Of a stretch of 64,000 nucleotides of DNA, positions 32,499 through 42,586 are shown one piece after another; positions within the stretch are counted from its first letter, which is position 1; each line of letters begins with the position of its first letter. The notes under the pieces are model-generated. The model was not told where the DNA came from and did no database searches. It saw nothing but the letters and a program-made list of their open reading frames with translations. The stretch lies in the NCBI GenBank assembly GCA_012518325.1, contig JAAYSR010000234.1:3011-67010 (forward strand), in the 5' to 3' direction. This DNA is from Bacillota bacterium (GTDB lineage Bacteria > Bacillota > Limnochordia > Darwinibacteriales > Darwinibacteriaceae). The translations under genes and the position numbers were made by a program.

Positions 32499-32898
32499 CC
32501 AGCCACGTGAAGAGGCTGCGATCCTGTTTCGACTCGGTATAGGTAAAATCTTCCCTCCGGATTTTCTCCTTAGTCTGGACACGTCCTTCCCTCCCTGCAC
32601 TGCTTTGGTCTTCACTCAAGGCAGACCAATAGGCGTAGAATGTATCATCGGTAGTGATTCCGTGATTAAGCCAGTCCTGAATAATCGCATATACATAATT
32701 GAAAGTGACCCGCTTGTCCTTGCCCTGCAGCCGGCTGCGGCGCTGCTCCTGCTTTGCCCTTAAAATAGCGCACCCAATGACAAAGGGGGTCATTCCCTCA
32801 TCGTGGGCAGCCCAAAGCTTCTCCTTTTGGGCACTGGACAAAAGGGCTATCTTCTTTTGATACAGCAAAAAGACATCCTCCATTGTAGGATCAGCCAC
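32491..32898 (-). CDS. DnaD-domain replication initiation / primosome protein
   Basis: The DnaD C-terminal region reads FNYVYAIIQDWLNHGITT. The probable GTG start lies after GGAGGTG. The gene overlaps both the upstream and the downstream ORF. Confidence 0.7.
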   Translation of the reverse strand: MADPTMEDVFLLYQKKIALLSSAQKEKLWAAHDEGMTPFVIGCAILRAKQEQRRSRLQGKDKRVTFNYVYAIIQDWLNHGITTDDTFYAYWSALSEDQSSAGREGRVQTKEKIRREDFTYTESKQDRSLFTWLDE

Positions 32899-33712
32899 GC
32901 CGCCACCTCCATAGACCAAATGTTCCCACTAACAAAATAACAGCCGACAGCACTGTCAGCCACGGTGCTGAACTTACTTTCCGGCTGACAACAGGATGAA
33001 GCACTCCAGTCCTCAGCTGAGCCCTTTGACTGTTCCTTCCAAAGCGGGGAGCTAAAAGATCGAAGACAGGCGGACCTTCGCCCCGCAGCTGCCAGGGCCC
33101 TTCCCCCAAGTCACGCCAGAAGTCTGCGGCTAAACCGTCGAAAGAACCCGTCAGGACATAATAGCCCCAGGCTGAGTCGGGCTGGGGCAGTAAGTCGCTG
33201 CTGACTTGTACACGAATTGTTCCGTTTTCAGGCCTACTGTAGCTGGTTACTCCTTCAGAAAAAACCTGCACCCGGTTTTCTTCGCCAACGGCGTAAAGCC
33301 TGGTCTCGCCGAAGGGGGCCACACTCAGGCGCAAATCCCAGCCCAGCTCCGGAGCTGTCTGAAAGGTCCAGCCGCCAATTTCAACTTCGGTGCGCCCAAG
33401 GCGGGTCCCCGTGTGTACGTATACTTCGAGGCGCTGGTGGAAGTAACCTTCCGGTGCTTGAAAAGGATTCGTTAAAGCAGCAAACTGGAAATCAAAATAG
33501 AGATGATCGCTGTCGCTGGATAGCGAAAACTGCAGAAGATCAAACAGTCCCGGAACATATACCCCGTGGGCTGGATAAAGAAGCCCGCCGGCCCCTGCAT
33601 CGTCCCCCTTCGGATCCTTGAACACCGCAAATGTCTCCAGCGCAGCAGCCCGCCGGCAAAGCAGTACAATACAGACAGAAAGAAGCAACACTCTTAGTTT
33701 TCGCAAGCGCAT
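32891..33712 (-). CDS. Hypothetical exported protein (signal peptide plus C-terminal TM anchor)
   Basis: 273 aa. MRLRKLRVLLLSVCIVLLCRRAAALE is a signal peptide. The C-terminus PWLTVLSAVILLVGTFGLWRWRRG is a TM helix with a basic tail. The mature part is Trp- and Gly-rich. Confidence 0.55.
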   Translation of the reverse strand: MRLRKLRVLLLSVCIVLLCRRAAALETFAVFKDPKGDDAGAGGLLYPAHGVYVPGLFDLLQFSLSSDSDHLYFDFQFAALTNPFQAPEGYFHQRLEVYVHTGTRLGRTEVEIGGWTFQTAPELGWDLRLSVAPFGETRLYAVGEENRVQVFSEGVTSYSRPENGTIRVQVSSDLLPQPDSAWGYYVLTGSFDGLAADFWRDLGEGPWQLRGEGPPVFDLLAPRFGRNSQRAQLRTGVLHPVVSRKVSSAPWLTVLSAVILLVGTFGLWRWRRG

Positions 33713-33753
33713 GCCAGATCCCCCCCAGGGATCCTATGCAGTAATACGCTTTT

Positions 33754-34866
33754 CTATTTGTAAACTCGCTCAACCCGGCTGCTCAGCCTGGACGTGATTT
33801 CATAATTGATGGTTCCCAGCAAATCTGCCCAGTCATGGGCATGGATGCAATTTGTCCCGTCTGAGCCGAGCAGAATAACCTCATCGCCGATGGAAACCGG
33901 CAGGTCCCCCACGTCCACCAGGGTGTGGTCCATGGTAACCATGCCAACTATCGGACAAAGCGTACCCGCGATCAGAACCTTCCCTTTATTGCTCAGTCCC
34001 CGGGCCAGGCCATCTGCATAGCCAATGGGCAAGACCGCAATAGACGTTTCCCTTTCTGTCACATAGGTGCTGTTATAACTCACAGCACTTCCCGCAGGCA
34101 CCCTTTTGACAAAGGCCACTCTGGTTTTCAAACTTAAAGCTGGTTTGAGCTCCAAAGGCCTGCGTGCATCAGGATACATGCCATAAATGCCAAGCCCCAC
34201 CCGGACCAAATCTAAATGGGATTCTGGAAAAAACAGTGCAGCTGCAGTGTTTGCCGCGTGGGTATAGGGAATGCTGATTCCCCTTGCTCTAAGGTCCTCC
34301 CGGACTTTCTGGAACCTCTCCCACTGCCGCCGGGTATACTCCAGATCCTCCTGTTCAGCCTGGGCAAAGTGGGTGAAGACGCCTTGAATCTCCAAGCCCG
34401 GCAGCGATCTGACCAGTTCCACCAAGTCGCCAAAATCCTTCGGCAAAAGGCCCAGACGCCCCATGCCGGTATCAACTTTGATGTGAACCTTGGCACTCTT
34501 CTGCTGAGCTGCCGCAGCCTGGGACAAAAGCCTGGCAATATGGGGCTCAAAGACGGTTACCGCCAGGTCAGCGGCTACACAGACGTCAAGTTCATCGGCA
34601 CCCACAGCTCCCAACACCAAAATGGGCGCGGTGATTCCGCCCCGGCGAAGCCGAACCCCCTCTTCTGGGAGTGCCACCGCTAACCAGTTGGTGCCGTTGG
34701 CGATCATGGTATACGCCGTCTCCAGGGCACCGTGGCCGTAGCCGTTGGCCTTTACCACCGCCATCAGCTCGCAGTCAGGCCCGATAAACTCGTTAAACTG
34801 CCTTACATTAAAGGCAATATTGTCTAAACTGACTTCTGCCCAAACAGATCTGGTAAGTTTGCTCAT
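33754..34866 (-). CDS. alr: Alanine racemase
   Basis: 370 aa. AVVKANGYGHG contains the PLP-binding lysine. Confidence 0.93.
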   Translation of the reverse strand: MSKLTRSVWAEVSLDNIAFNVRQFNEFIGPDCELMAVVKANGYGHGALETAYTMIANGTNWLAVALPEEGVRLRRGGITAPILVLGAVGADELDVCVAADLAVTVFEPHIARLLSQAAAAQQKSAKVHIKVDTGMGRLGLLPKDFGDLVELVRSLPGLEIQGVFTHFAQAEQEDLEYTRRQWERFQKVREDLRARGISIPYTHAANTAAALFFPESHLDLVRVGLGIYGMYPDARRPLELKPALSLKTRVAFVKRVPAGSAVSYNSTYVTERETSIAVLPIGYADGLARGLSNKGKVLIAGTLCPIVGMVTMDHTLVDVGDLPVSIGDEVILLGSDGTNCIHAHDWADLLGTINYEITSRLSSRVERVYK

Positions 34867-36401
34867 GATAGTATTTCCTGTAACGAAGTAAGAGTATCGC
34901 CGGCCCTAAGGCCCCGCTGGCCCTTTTGGCCGGCCAAATCCCCGGCTTTTCCATGGACATAGACCCCAAGGGCAGCGGCCTTGAGAGGATCCAGCCCCTG
35001 GCTGAGCAAGCCTGCAATCAGCCCGGTCAGAACATCTCCACTGCCTGCGGTGGCCATGCCCGGATTGCCGGAAGTATTGATATAGGTATGTTTCCGGCTG
35101 GAGATTATGGTTGGGGCTCCCTTCAGAACAACCACCATGTTCCACTTCCGCGCATAATCATCCGCGGCCTGCAGCCGATTGGCATTCACCTGCCCAGTAT
35201 CGCTTCCCACGAGGCGGGCCATCTCCCCTGGATGGGGAGTTATGATCCAGCGGCTGCGCCTGCCCTCAGTAATGGTTTCCAGAAACCCTGCATCCAGGGC
35301 ACCCAGGGCATCTGCATCAATCACACAGGGTCCTTGCCATTTCCGCAAGAGCTCCTGCACCACCTGGACAGCCTCCGGCTGCCTCGTCAAGCCTGGACCT
35401 ATAGCTAAGACGTCTTTGCCTTCCATAAGCTCAAGCAGTTTCTGTACGCTCGGCACACCTATTGTACCATGGGCGGTTTCACCCACAGGCACTACGATCA
35501 GCTCATCGGGGCGGAAACGGCTGTAGATGCCCTCCGGCACAGCCAAAGTCACCATGCCTCCGCCGGCCCGCAAAACCGCCTGTCCACTCAGGGAAGCTGC
35601 TCCTGCATAGTTCCTTGAACCTGCTACAACCAGCGTATGGCCAAAGGTTCCCTTGTGGCTCCAGGGCCTGCGGACAGGCAGCCAACCCAGACTCTCATCG
35701 CCGAGGAGGTATCTGGTGCCGTCATGGGTCAAAGGAAACCCTAAATCTACGACTATGTTTCGGCCGGCATAGGCCTGGCCTGGATAGAGCACATTCCCTA
35801 CCTTGGGAAAGCCAAGGTTAATGGTGATCTCGGCCTGAACTGCTGCGCTGCGGACCTCTCCATTGGCCGAATTGACCCCAGTGGGACAGTCAATTGCCGC
35901 CACCGGTGCCTTAACCTCATTAACCACGTTCACTAAGGACTCCAGTTCGCCTCTGAGGGCACCGGAAAAACCGGTGCCAAAAACGGCATCAATGATTAGG
36001 TCTGCCAGTCCCAGGCTAAACCTGAGCTTGCCGATCTGGCTGCCCTTGACGGGCTGGCAGTCAGCCCCCAGTTTCCGTAGTATTTGCAGGTTCGCGGCGT
36101 TTTCCGGAGTAAGCTTTTGCTCATCGCCCACCAGGTACACCTTGATGCGGGCACCGAGAGCCAGAAGCTGCCTGGCTGCAACAAGGCCATCTCCACCATT
36201 GTTTCCTGTACCGGCCAGAATATGAACGCGTTTTCCGTCCATAGCGCCGTATTCTTGTTTCAGCACCTCAACAATGCGGCTTCCGGCATTTTCCATCACC
36301 ACTAAAGGAGAAAGACCCAGCTTGGCAAAGGCCTCTTTTTCTATGATCTGCATTTCAGCACCTGTAACAACCTGCATCTGCTCAATCCTCCCCAAGGGCA
36401 A
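34863..36401 (-). CDS. nnr: Bifunctional NAD(P)H-hydrate repair enzyme Nnr (epimerase / ADP-dependent dehydratase)
   Basis: 512 aa. It has an N-terminal YjeF_N domain (GTGNNGGDG) and a C-terminal carbohydrate-kinase-like domain. The stop overlaps the alr start. Confidence 0.9.
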   Translation of the reverse strand: MPLGRIEQMQVVTGAEMQIIEKEAFAKLGLSPLVVMENAGSRIVEVLKQEYGAMDGKRVHILAGTGNNGGDGLVAARQLLALGARIKVYLVGDEQKLTPENAANLQILRKLGADCQPVKGSQIGKLRFSLGLADLIIDAVFGTGFSGALRGELESLVNVVNEVKAPVAAIDCPTGVNSANGEVRSAAVQAEITINLGFPKVGNVLYPGQAYAGRNIVVDLGFPLTHDGTRYLLGDESLGWLPVRRPWSHKGTFGHTLVVAGSRNYAGAASLSGQAVLRAGGGMVTLAVPEGIYSRFRPDELIVVPVGETAHGTIGVPSVQKLLELMEGKDVLAIGPGLTRQPEAVQVVQELLRKWQGPCVIDADALGALDAGFLETITEGRRSRWIITPHPGEMARLVGSDTGQVNANRLQAADDYARKWNMVVVLKGAPTIISSRKHTYINTSGNPGMATAGSGDVLTGLIAGLLSQGLDPLKAAALGVYVHGKAGDLAGQKGQRGLRAGDTLTSLQEILS

Positions 36402-36765
36402 TGACGTAAGCCATGGCCAGTTCTTTAGTATGTGACAAGCTCAGCACAAATTGAACAATACCCAGATCTGCAGCCACTGTTTTCGCCGGCTCCAGCAGAC
36501 GAACCTGGGGCTGTCCCATTGCATTGGAGTAGATTTCGATGGAACCAAAGGGCACACCTTGCTGCCAGCCGCGGCCAATGGCCTTCATGACAGCTTCCTT
36601 GGCGGCAAAACGAGCTGCCCAGGACTGGACTCCCTTGCTTGCCAAAACCGCCCTTTCGTGCTTGGTGTAGATTCTTTCGCGAAAACTTGCGCGCTTCAGG
36701 GCCTTTTCTACCCGGGTGATCTCGATCAGGTCCACTCCGCAGCCCTTAACTGACACGGCTGCCAC
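36382..36765 (-). CDS. acpS: Holo-[acyl-carrier-protein] synthase
   Basis: 127 aa. GVDLIEITRV and FAAKEAVMKA match AcpS. Confidence 0.9.
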   Translation of the reverse strand: MAAVSVKGCGVDLIEITRVEKALKRASFRERIYTKHERAVLASKGVQSWAARFAAKEAVMKAIGRGWQQGVPFGSIEIYSNAMGQPQVRLLEPAKTVAADLGIVQFVLSLSHTKELAMAYVIALGED

Positions 36766-38092
36766 CCTGCTCTTCCCGAATTGTCTTCACCACCCTGTCA
36801 ACACAGTCCTGCAGCACCGCTGCATCGGGATGCTCACCCAAGACACGGATCATCGGCTCCGTTCCAGAAGCACGCACAAAGAGCCTTCCTAAGGGGGCCA
36901 GGTCTCTTTCAGCCTGCCTGATCACTCCTTGAATGCGTTGGTTATCCTGCCAGCCTTCTTTTCTTTCCACTGGAATATTGACCAGAGCCTGAGGGAAGAC
37001 TGCCATAACTTTTGCCAGGTCCGCCAGGGGCTGTCCTTGCAGCTCCCTCATTTCCAAAAGCTTGAGGGCAGAGAGTATGCCGTCGCCTGTGGTTGAGTTT
37101 TCCAGGAAGATAATGTGGCCGGACTGCTCCCCCCCTAGTATGCAGCCTGAACGCTGCATGCTTTCCAAAACATAACGGTCTCCGGGCTTGGCGTAAATCA
37201 CATCACCGCCGCTTTGGACAAAGGCCTGGCGCAAACCGCCGTTTGAATAGGCAGTGGCAATCACCTTCTGTCCGGGAAGGCGGTTTTGGCGCAGTAAATT
37301 AAGACCGATGATGGCAAGAATCTGATCGCCGTTGAGAATGCCTCCCCGTTCGTCGATGGCGAGGATGCGGTCTCCGTCACCGTCAAAAGCAAATCCTAGG
37401 TCAGCACCTGTTTCTTTAGTCAGGCTCTGGATTTTTTCCGGGAAGGTGGAACCGCAGCCATGATTAATGTTGACCCCGTTGGGCTGGTCATAGAATGAAC
37501 TGACCTCTGCCCCCAACTCCCTGAAAATTCGCGGGGCAAATGACGATGTGGCCCCGTTGGCGCAGTCAATTGCCAGGTGCAGGCCTCGCAGATCAACGTT
37601 CACCTGTTTTTTCAGGTACTGCACATAGAGCTCTGCCGCTTCATAGCGGCAGGTTACTTTCCCGACACTGCCGCCTATTGGCCGCAGAACGTCATCCCCG
37701 TCGATGAAGCCCTCAATCTTTTCTTCTAACTCCTCGGAAAGCTTAAAGCCGTCACAGCCGAAGACTTTTATGCCATTGTCCTGCACGGGGTTATGGGAGG
37801 CAGAAATCATAATTCCAGCGGAACAGCCCAGCTCCTTCGTGAGGAAAGCCACCGCAGGAGTCGGAACAACGCCCACCAGCATAACATCCAGTCCCGTAGA
37901 GGTGACACCTGCAATTAACGCACCTTCCAACATTTGACCTGACAGACGCGGATCCCGCCCCATCAGGATTGTTCCGTTACCCCTGCTGCCCAGAGCAAGT
38001 GCCGTCGCCCTGCCCACGCGCAGAGCCAGTTCCGCCGTGAGCTCGCGATTGGCAACTCCACGTATCCCATCAGTCCCAAAAAATCTCAGCAT
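36746..38092 (-). CDS. glmM: Phosphoglucosamine mutase
   Basis: 448 aa. The N-terminus is FGTDGIRG and ISASHNP contains the phospho-serine. Confidence 0.95.
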   Translation of the reverse strand: MLRFFGTDGIRGVANRELTAELALRVGRATALALGSRGNGTILMGRDPRLSGQMLEGALIAGVTSTGLDVMLVGVVPTPAVAFLTKELGCSAGIMISASHNPVQDNGIKVFGCDGFKLSEELEEKIEGFIDGDDVLRPIGGSVGKVTCRYEAAELYVQYLKKQVNVDLRGLHLAIDCANGATSSFAPRIFRELGAEVSSFYDQPNGVNINHGCGSTFPEKIQSLTKETGADLGFAFDGDGDRILAIDERGGILNGDQILAIIGLNLLRQNRLPGQKVIATAYSNGGLRQAFVQSGGDVIYAKPGDRYVLESMQRSGCILGGEQSGHIIFLENSTTGDGILSALKLLEMRELQGQPLADLAKVMAVFPQALVNIPVERKEGWQDNQRIQGVIRQAERDLAPLGRLFVRASGTEPMIRVLGEHPDAAVLQDCVDRVVKTIREEQGGSRVS

Positions 38093-38095
38093 ACA

Positions 38096-38767
38096 CTATT
38101 CCTCCCCTTTGTCAGCGACTTCAATGACCCGAATCTCCGGCGGGTCAATCTCAAGCCCAGCCAGGCTGCGCCCCTGCGCATCCAGGGCCTGCACCGGAAA
38201 GGTCATTTCCTGATTCAGCGCACGGTCGGTGCCTATATAGGCCACCACATGATCTACTTCCTCCAGTATACTTGCTGCTCCCCTAACGGTGATTACCGCA
38301 GGGGAAGGCCGGATATCCTTCATTGTGGGAGGGCGATCTGTCCCTAAATAGACCAACGTAACCGGAAATACTGATTCGGCCACTCCTTCTGTATAAACAC
38401 TTACCCACTGGGGGTTGACACTGACCACACTGATCCCCAGCGGTTCCTCTACTTGAACACTATATGTTTCGGTTCCCTCCGCTGCTCCAGTCAAATCGAT
38501 AAAGGCAGACAGCGACCCCTCGCTGCGGTTGATCAGGGGTGACAGTCCCCTGATTCTGACCCGGACTCTTTCGGGAGGATCAACCAGCACCAGCCCGTCA
38601 GGCATGTTCTGGACCTGGACCTCAAGGTTGACGGTCCGCTCGGTTTCCCCCAGGGTGCCGTCGCCGGTGGCCAGGAGCCAGAAAATAACGGCTAGCGCCA
38701 GGGAAAAGAGGCGCCAGTACACTTCAGGCCTGGTGAGAAAGGACCAAATTTTCCCGATCCGACTCAT
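38096..38767 (-). CDS. cdaR: CdaR (YbbR-domain regulator of diadenylate cyclase)
   Basis: It has an N-terminal TM segment and YbbR-like repeats. The start MSRIGK at 38767 is preceded by GGGGGAGAA and overlaps the cdaA stop as ATGA. Confidence 0.8.
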   Translation of the reverse strand: MSRIGKIWSFLTRPEVYWRLFSLALAVIFWLLATGDGTLGETERTVNLEVQVQNMPDGLVLVDPPERVRVRIRGLSPLINRSEGSLSAFIDLTGAAEGTETYSVQVEEPLGISVVSVNPQWVSVYTEGVAESVFPVTLVYLGTDRPPTMKDIRPSPAVITVRGAASILEEVDHVVAYIGTDRALNQEMTFPVQALDAQGRSLAGLEIDPPEIRVIEVADKGEE

Positions 38768-39519
38768 GTGGTTTCTCCCCCTCGCCAATAGAACTGGAGC
38801 TGCTCCCGGAGCCTGGCCTCCGTCAGGTATCTGCGCAAATGACCGCCGACAGCTAGAGAAATTGTGCCTGTCTCTTCAGATACCACAACGATCACCGCAT
38901 CAGTCTGTTCTGACATGCCCACAGCTGCCCGATGCCTGGTTCCAAGGCCGCCCCGCAACTGACTGTCTGTCAGGGGCAACACACATCCAGCACTCACTAT
39001 CCGTCCGTGGGAGATAATAACCGCCCCGTCATGGAGGGGACTGTTGGGCTCAAACACATTCATCAGCAGCTCAGTGCTGATCAGCGCATCCAGCCTGACT
39101 CCTGTCTCAATAAACTCATGCAGGCCTGTCTGGCGCTGGAACACGATGAGGGCCCCTGTCTTTTTGGCGCTCAGTTCGCCGCAGGCCTTCACCACTGCAT
39201 CCAGGTTTAGGGTATCCTGGCCCGAACCCCGGGAAGAGGGCCAGCCAAAGAGCTGTCCCCGTCCCAGCTGCTCCAAACCCCGCCTCAGTTCGGGGTAAAA
39301 AACAACCGGCAGGGCAACTAAAAACAGGGTTACTGCCTGCTCCAACAGCCAGCTCACAGTGCGCAGGCTTAACGCCCGGGCGACAACGCTGCTGGCAAAG
39401 ACAATGGCTAAGCCTTTTACTAGGGTAGTAGCCCTGGTTCCCTGGATTGAGTAGATAACCCGATAGACTACATAGGCGACAATCAGAATGTCAATTGCAT
39501 CTCGTACAGTAAACAGCAC
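38764..39519 (-). CDS. cdaA: Diadenylate cyclase CdaA (DisA_N / DAC domain)
   Basis: Three N-terminal TM helices are followed by GALIVFQR, DGAVII and RHRAAVGMSEQTDAVIVVVSEETG. Confidence 0.93.
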   Translation of the reverse strand: MLFTVRDAIDILIVAYVVYRVIYSIQGTRATTLVKGLAIVFASSVVARALSLRTVSWLLEQAVTLFLVALPVVFYPELRRGLEQLGRGQLFGWPSSRGSGQDTLNLDAVVKACGELSAKKTGALIVFQRQTGLHEFIETGVRLDALISTELLMNVFEPNSPLHDGAVIISHGRIVSAGCVLPLTDSQLRGGLGTRHRAAVGMSEQTDAVIVVVSEETGTISLAVGGHLRRYLTEARLREQLQFYWRGGETT

Positions 39520-39544
39520 AGGGAGTTCCCCCTCAGCGTCTTTC

Positions 39545-40663
39545 TTAGGAATTCATCACCTGTTCAGCAGCTTTTGTGGCCTCGCCGTACTTTTTCATGT
39601 CCATTTCCAACACTGCCAAAGCGGTCAGCACATCCAGGGGGGTAGCATAGCCCATGTGGCCCACCCTAAAGATCTTGTCGGCATGAATACCTTGCCCGCC
39701 GGCAAACTCCACCCCGTATCTTGTCCTAATGCGGGCCCTGAAGCTGTCTGCTTCGGGATACTTGATAGCAGTCACAGTGGGAGAAGCATCCTCATCTTTA
39801 ACCAGGAGTTCCAGGCCAAGTGCTCTGGCGCCCGCCCGCATCATGTCCCTCATCAGAATATGGCGGGCAAAGACGTTGTCCAAACCCTCAGTCTCGATTA
39901 TGTTCAATGCTTCCTCCAGGGCAAAGACATTATGAATATTTGGAGTGAAGGGTGTTTCGGATTTCTCCATATATTTATCATACAGACGCAAGTCGAAATA
40001 GTAGCGGCTTGCACGGCAGTCAGCAGAGTATTCCCGGGCCCTGTCGGAAAAAGCTATAAAGGCTGTACCGGGGGGCGCCATCAAGCACTTTTGCGATGCA
40101 CTTACTATCACATCAACTCCCCACTCATCCATCTTTAAGGGTGTCCCGCCCAAAGCGCTCACAGCATCGACGACCAAAAGGGCGCGATGGCTGCCGCGGG
40201 CCTGGGAGACAGATGCAACATCGTTAAGTACAGCCGTTGATGATTCGTTTTGCACCATAAATATAAGTTCAATTTCAGGATGCTGCTTTAAGTATTCACC
40301 AACCTGCCCGGCGTCAATTCCACCGTCCCACGGGAACTCCAGTACGTGCAGCTTTGCTCCGTAGGCCTGGCACAGTTCCACCCAGCGATTGCCGAAAAAT
40401 CCTCCCCTCAGGCATAAAACTGGGGTTTCAGGTGAAACGAGATTGCTGACCGCCGCTTCCATTCCGGAAGTCCCGGAACCAGTGATCATGTGGATTTGGT
40501 TCTGAGTGCCAAAGAGCGGGGCCAGCCGCTTGAGGACAGCAGGGTAGTGTTCCTTGAAAACCGCCCCCCTGTGGTTGATCATAGGCTTGGCCATCTGCAA
40601 TGATACTTCGTTTGGTACTGGCACCGGTCCTGGGATGCGCAGTACAGGTTTAAAACGGTACAT
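39545..40663 (-). CDS. Class V aminotransferase (serine-pyruvate / alanine-glyoxylate aminotransferase family)
   Basis: The start is MYRFKPVLRIPGPVPVP at 40663 with RBS GGGAGGG. VSASQKCL contains the PLP-binding lysine. Confidence 0.85.
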   Translation of the reverse strand: MYRFKPVLRIPGPVPVPNEVSLQMAKPMINHRGAVFKEHYPAVLKRLAPLFGTQNQIHMITGSGTSGMEAAVSNLVSPETPVLCLRGGFFGNRWVELCQAYGAKLHVLEFPWDGGIDAGQVGEYLKQHPEIELIFMVQNESSTAVLNDVASVSQARGSHRALLVVDAVSALGGTPLKMDEWGVDVIVSASQKCLMAPPGTAFIAFSDRAREYSADCRASRYYFDLRLYDKYMEKSETPFTPNIHNVFALEEALNIIETEGLDNVFARHILMRDMMRAGARALGLELLVKDEDASPTVTAIKYPEADSFRARIRTRYGVEFAGGQGIHADKIFRVGHMGYATPLDVLTALAVLEMDMKKYGEATKAAEQVMNS

Positions 40664-40751
40664 GCTTGAACCCTCCCTGTCTGTAATAGAAAAAACCATT
40701 CCCCAGGCGGAGCCCTCCGCTCCCGCCTAAAGGATGGCGTATTTCTAGAAC

Positions 40752-41171
40752 CTAAAGTATGCGCTGCAAACGCTTGGCGATGGACACAGCCTCCTGTTCG
40801 CGGCTGATGGTGTCAAAATCTTCTACAATGACACCCTGGCGCTCCATATGACTCATAAGCACGCGCAGCGCCTTGCCCGACCCAAATATGCCCGGGCGCA
40901 CAAATGCTCCGCCCTTTTTGCCTTCCAGACGCATGACCTTCTTGATGAGGCTGTCCATTTCCACAGGAATTTGCGGTTTCCACCAGCCGGTGTACCCTGT
41001 CACCACACATACCAGACCATAGGGCGCCGCGCTGACGGGCGAACCGGAGGCTGCTTCGGGCGACATCAGATCCACTCTCAGCCCATCCTGTTCCAATGCC
41101 CTTTGCAGCGCTGCTGCAGACGATTGAACTTTTTCCTCGTCTGCGTGCAAAATCAAAACACGCACATCCAT
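40752..41171 (-). CDS. Hypothetical protein with a flavodoxin-like fold signature, no recognisable motif
   Basis: 139 aa. The N-terminus MDVRVLILHADEE is followed by GLVCVVTGYTGWW. I can assign no function from the sequence alone. Confidence 0.5.
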   Translation of the reverse strand: MDVRVLILHADEEKVQSSAAALQRALEQDGLRVDLMSPEAASGSPVSAAPYGLVCVVTGYTGWWKPQIPVEMDSLIKKVMRLEGKKGGAFVRPGIFGSGKALRVLMSHMERQGVIVEDFDTISREQEAVSIAKRLQRIL

Positions 41172-41232
41172 TGCCCCCTATCTCGTTGTAGCTGTTCCTT
41201 GCTTATTTCTCTAAGGGGAGGTTAAATCCTGT

Positions 41233-41946
41233 TTACTGGCTGTAATAACGCAGTAGGCCGGCAAAAATGGCAGCGGCAACCTTCTGCTGATACGCGGGTT
41301 CACTAAGGAGCTGCGCCTCCCGGGGATTCGACAAAAAACCCACCTCTACCATTGCGGCAGGCATCGTTGTATCCCGCAGCACCCGAAAGTCCCCCGGCCT
41401 GGCGAGACGGTTATTCGGCCCGAGATGCCTTACCAGTTCAGTCTGCAGAGTCTCCGCTAAGTGCCTGCCTGCGGGACTCCCTTCATAATAGAAAGTCTGT
41501 GCCCCGTACCAGCGGGGTCCGGGGAAGTAATTGGCGTGGATGGAGATATACAAATCTGCATTCGCTTCTTCCGCGATTTTGACCCTTCTGCTCAGATCCT
41601 GGCGTTTGCGGCTCAGCAGGTTTGTTTCGCTGGAATCAGCCAGATCATAGTCGCCCTGGCGTACCATCACAACATAGACGGCTGCTCGTTTCAGCAGACT
41701 CTCGAGCTCTTTGGCAATCGCCAGGGTGACTTCCTTTTCCAGCACACCGCTGCTGCTTACAGCCCCGGGATCAATGCCGCCATGGCCGGCATCAATCACA
41801 ATCGTCCTTCCGGAAATCCCGGTATAAGAGTTCCTGGCTGAGGTTGGCAAATACGCTGCTCCCTGGGTTCCCAAAAAGATGCCAAAGGCAAGGCAGGCAA
41901 ACACCCACCACAGGACCTGCCTGCCGCTGAAGAACCAGACCCGCAT
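41233..41946 (-). CDS. cwlD: Germination-specific N-acetylmuramoyl-L-alanine amidase CwlD
   Basis: The N-terminus has a TM segment. VIDAGHGGIDPGA and ISIHAN are Amidase_3 motifs. The protein is about 237 aa, which is the typical CwlD length. Confidence 0.85.
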   Translation of the reverse strand: MRVWFFSGRQVLWWVFACLAFGIFLGTQGAAYLPTSARNSYTGISGRTIVIDAGHGGIDPGAVSSSGVLEKEVTLAIAKELESLLKRAAVYVVMVRQGDYDLADSSETNLLSRKRQDLSRRVKIAEEANADLYISIHANYFPGPRWYGAQTFYYEGSPAGRHLAETLQTELVRHLGPNNRLARPGDFRVLRDTTMPAAMVEVGFLSNPREAQLLSEPAYQQKVAAAIFAGLLRYYSQ

Positions 41947-41971
41947 AAAAACACCTCCACACCCAAGGTAT

Positions 41972-42586
41972 TCAGGTGTGGAGCTGTTTACAACACTTCA
42001 GGACACGAAATCCCGCTTTCTTGGCGACTGTCTCGCAATTGCCCGCCAAATCCCTCAAATAAGTTTCCAGGCTTTTGGCCCCCTGTTTAGTACGGATTAC
42101 CGCCATCAGGCATCCACCTGGCCTTAACCTGTGGTAAGCATCTGTCAATAGCTGATAGACCACGGCTTTGCCTGCCCTGATGGGCGGATTGGAGAGAACC
42201 CAGTCAAACTGCAGGTCATGGGGCAGTGCACCTAGCCCGTCACTAACCAGAACCTCAGCATGTCTAATCCCGTTTTTGGCCAGATTCTCTCTAGCAAGCT
42301 CACAGGCTCTCTCATTCACATCTATCAGATAGACGCGGCCGGAAGGTCCTACCAGGTCTGCAGCTGCTATGCCGATGGGACCATAACCGCAGCCCAGGTC
42401 CAGGACTGTATCCCCTTGCTTTAGATCAAGGGAGTCAATCAGGATTCTGCTGCCCAAATCTATTTCGTCCTTGGAGAAAACCCCCGCATCTGTCTGAAAG
42501 ATGTAAGTTTTTCCCCTCAGTTCCGCGGTGAACTCCTTGCGGTTATGCCTTGCCCTCGGCTTACTTGTAAAATAGTGATCATTCAT
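41972..42586 (-). CDS. Class I SAM-dependent methyltransferase (methyltransferase small domain, RsmC/YbxB-like)
   Basis: The start MNDHYFTSKP at 42586 has RBS GGGAGAAG. The SAM motif is VLDLGCGYGPIG and the NPP motif is LSNPPI. Confidence 0.8.
   Translation of the reverse strand: MNDHYFTSKPRARHNRKEFTAELRGKTYIFQTDAGVFSKDEIDLGSRILIDSLDLKQGDTVLDLGCGYGPIGIAAADLVGPSGRVYLIDVNERACELARENLAKNGIRHAEVLVSDGLGALPHDLQFDWVLSNPPIRAGKAVVYQLLTDAYHRLRPGGCLMAVIRTKQGAKSLETYLRDLAGNCETVAKKAGFRVLKCCKQLHT

Noticed and set aside
31761-33712. Possibility that the DnaD-like/DnaI-like genes mark a prophage or mobile element
   Set aside because: I saw no integrase, terminase, capsid, repeat boundaries or att-like duplications. 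The flanking genes (alr, glnHP) are housekeeping. I report it as a finding rather than call it a mobile element.
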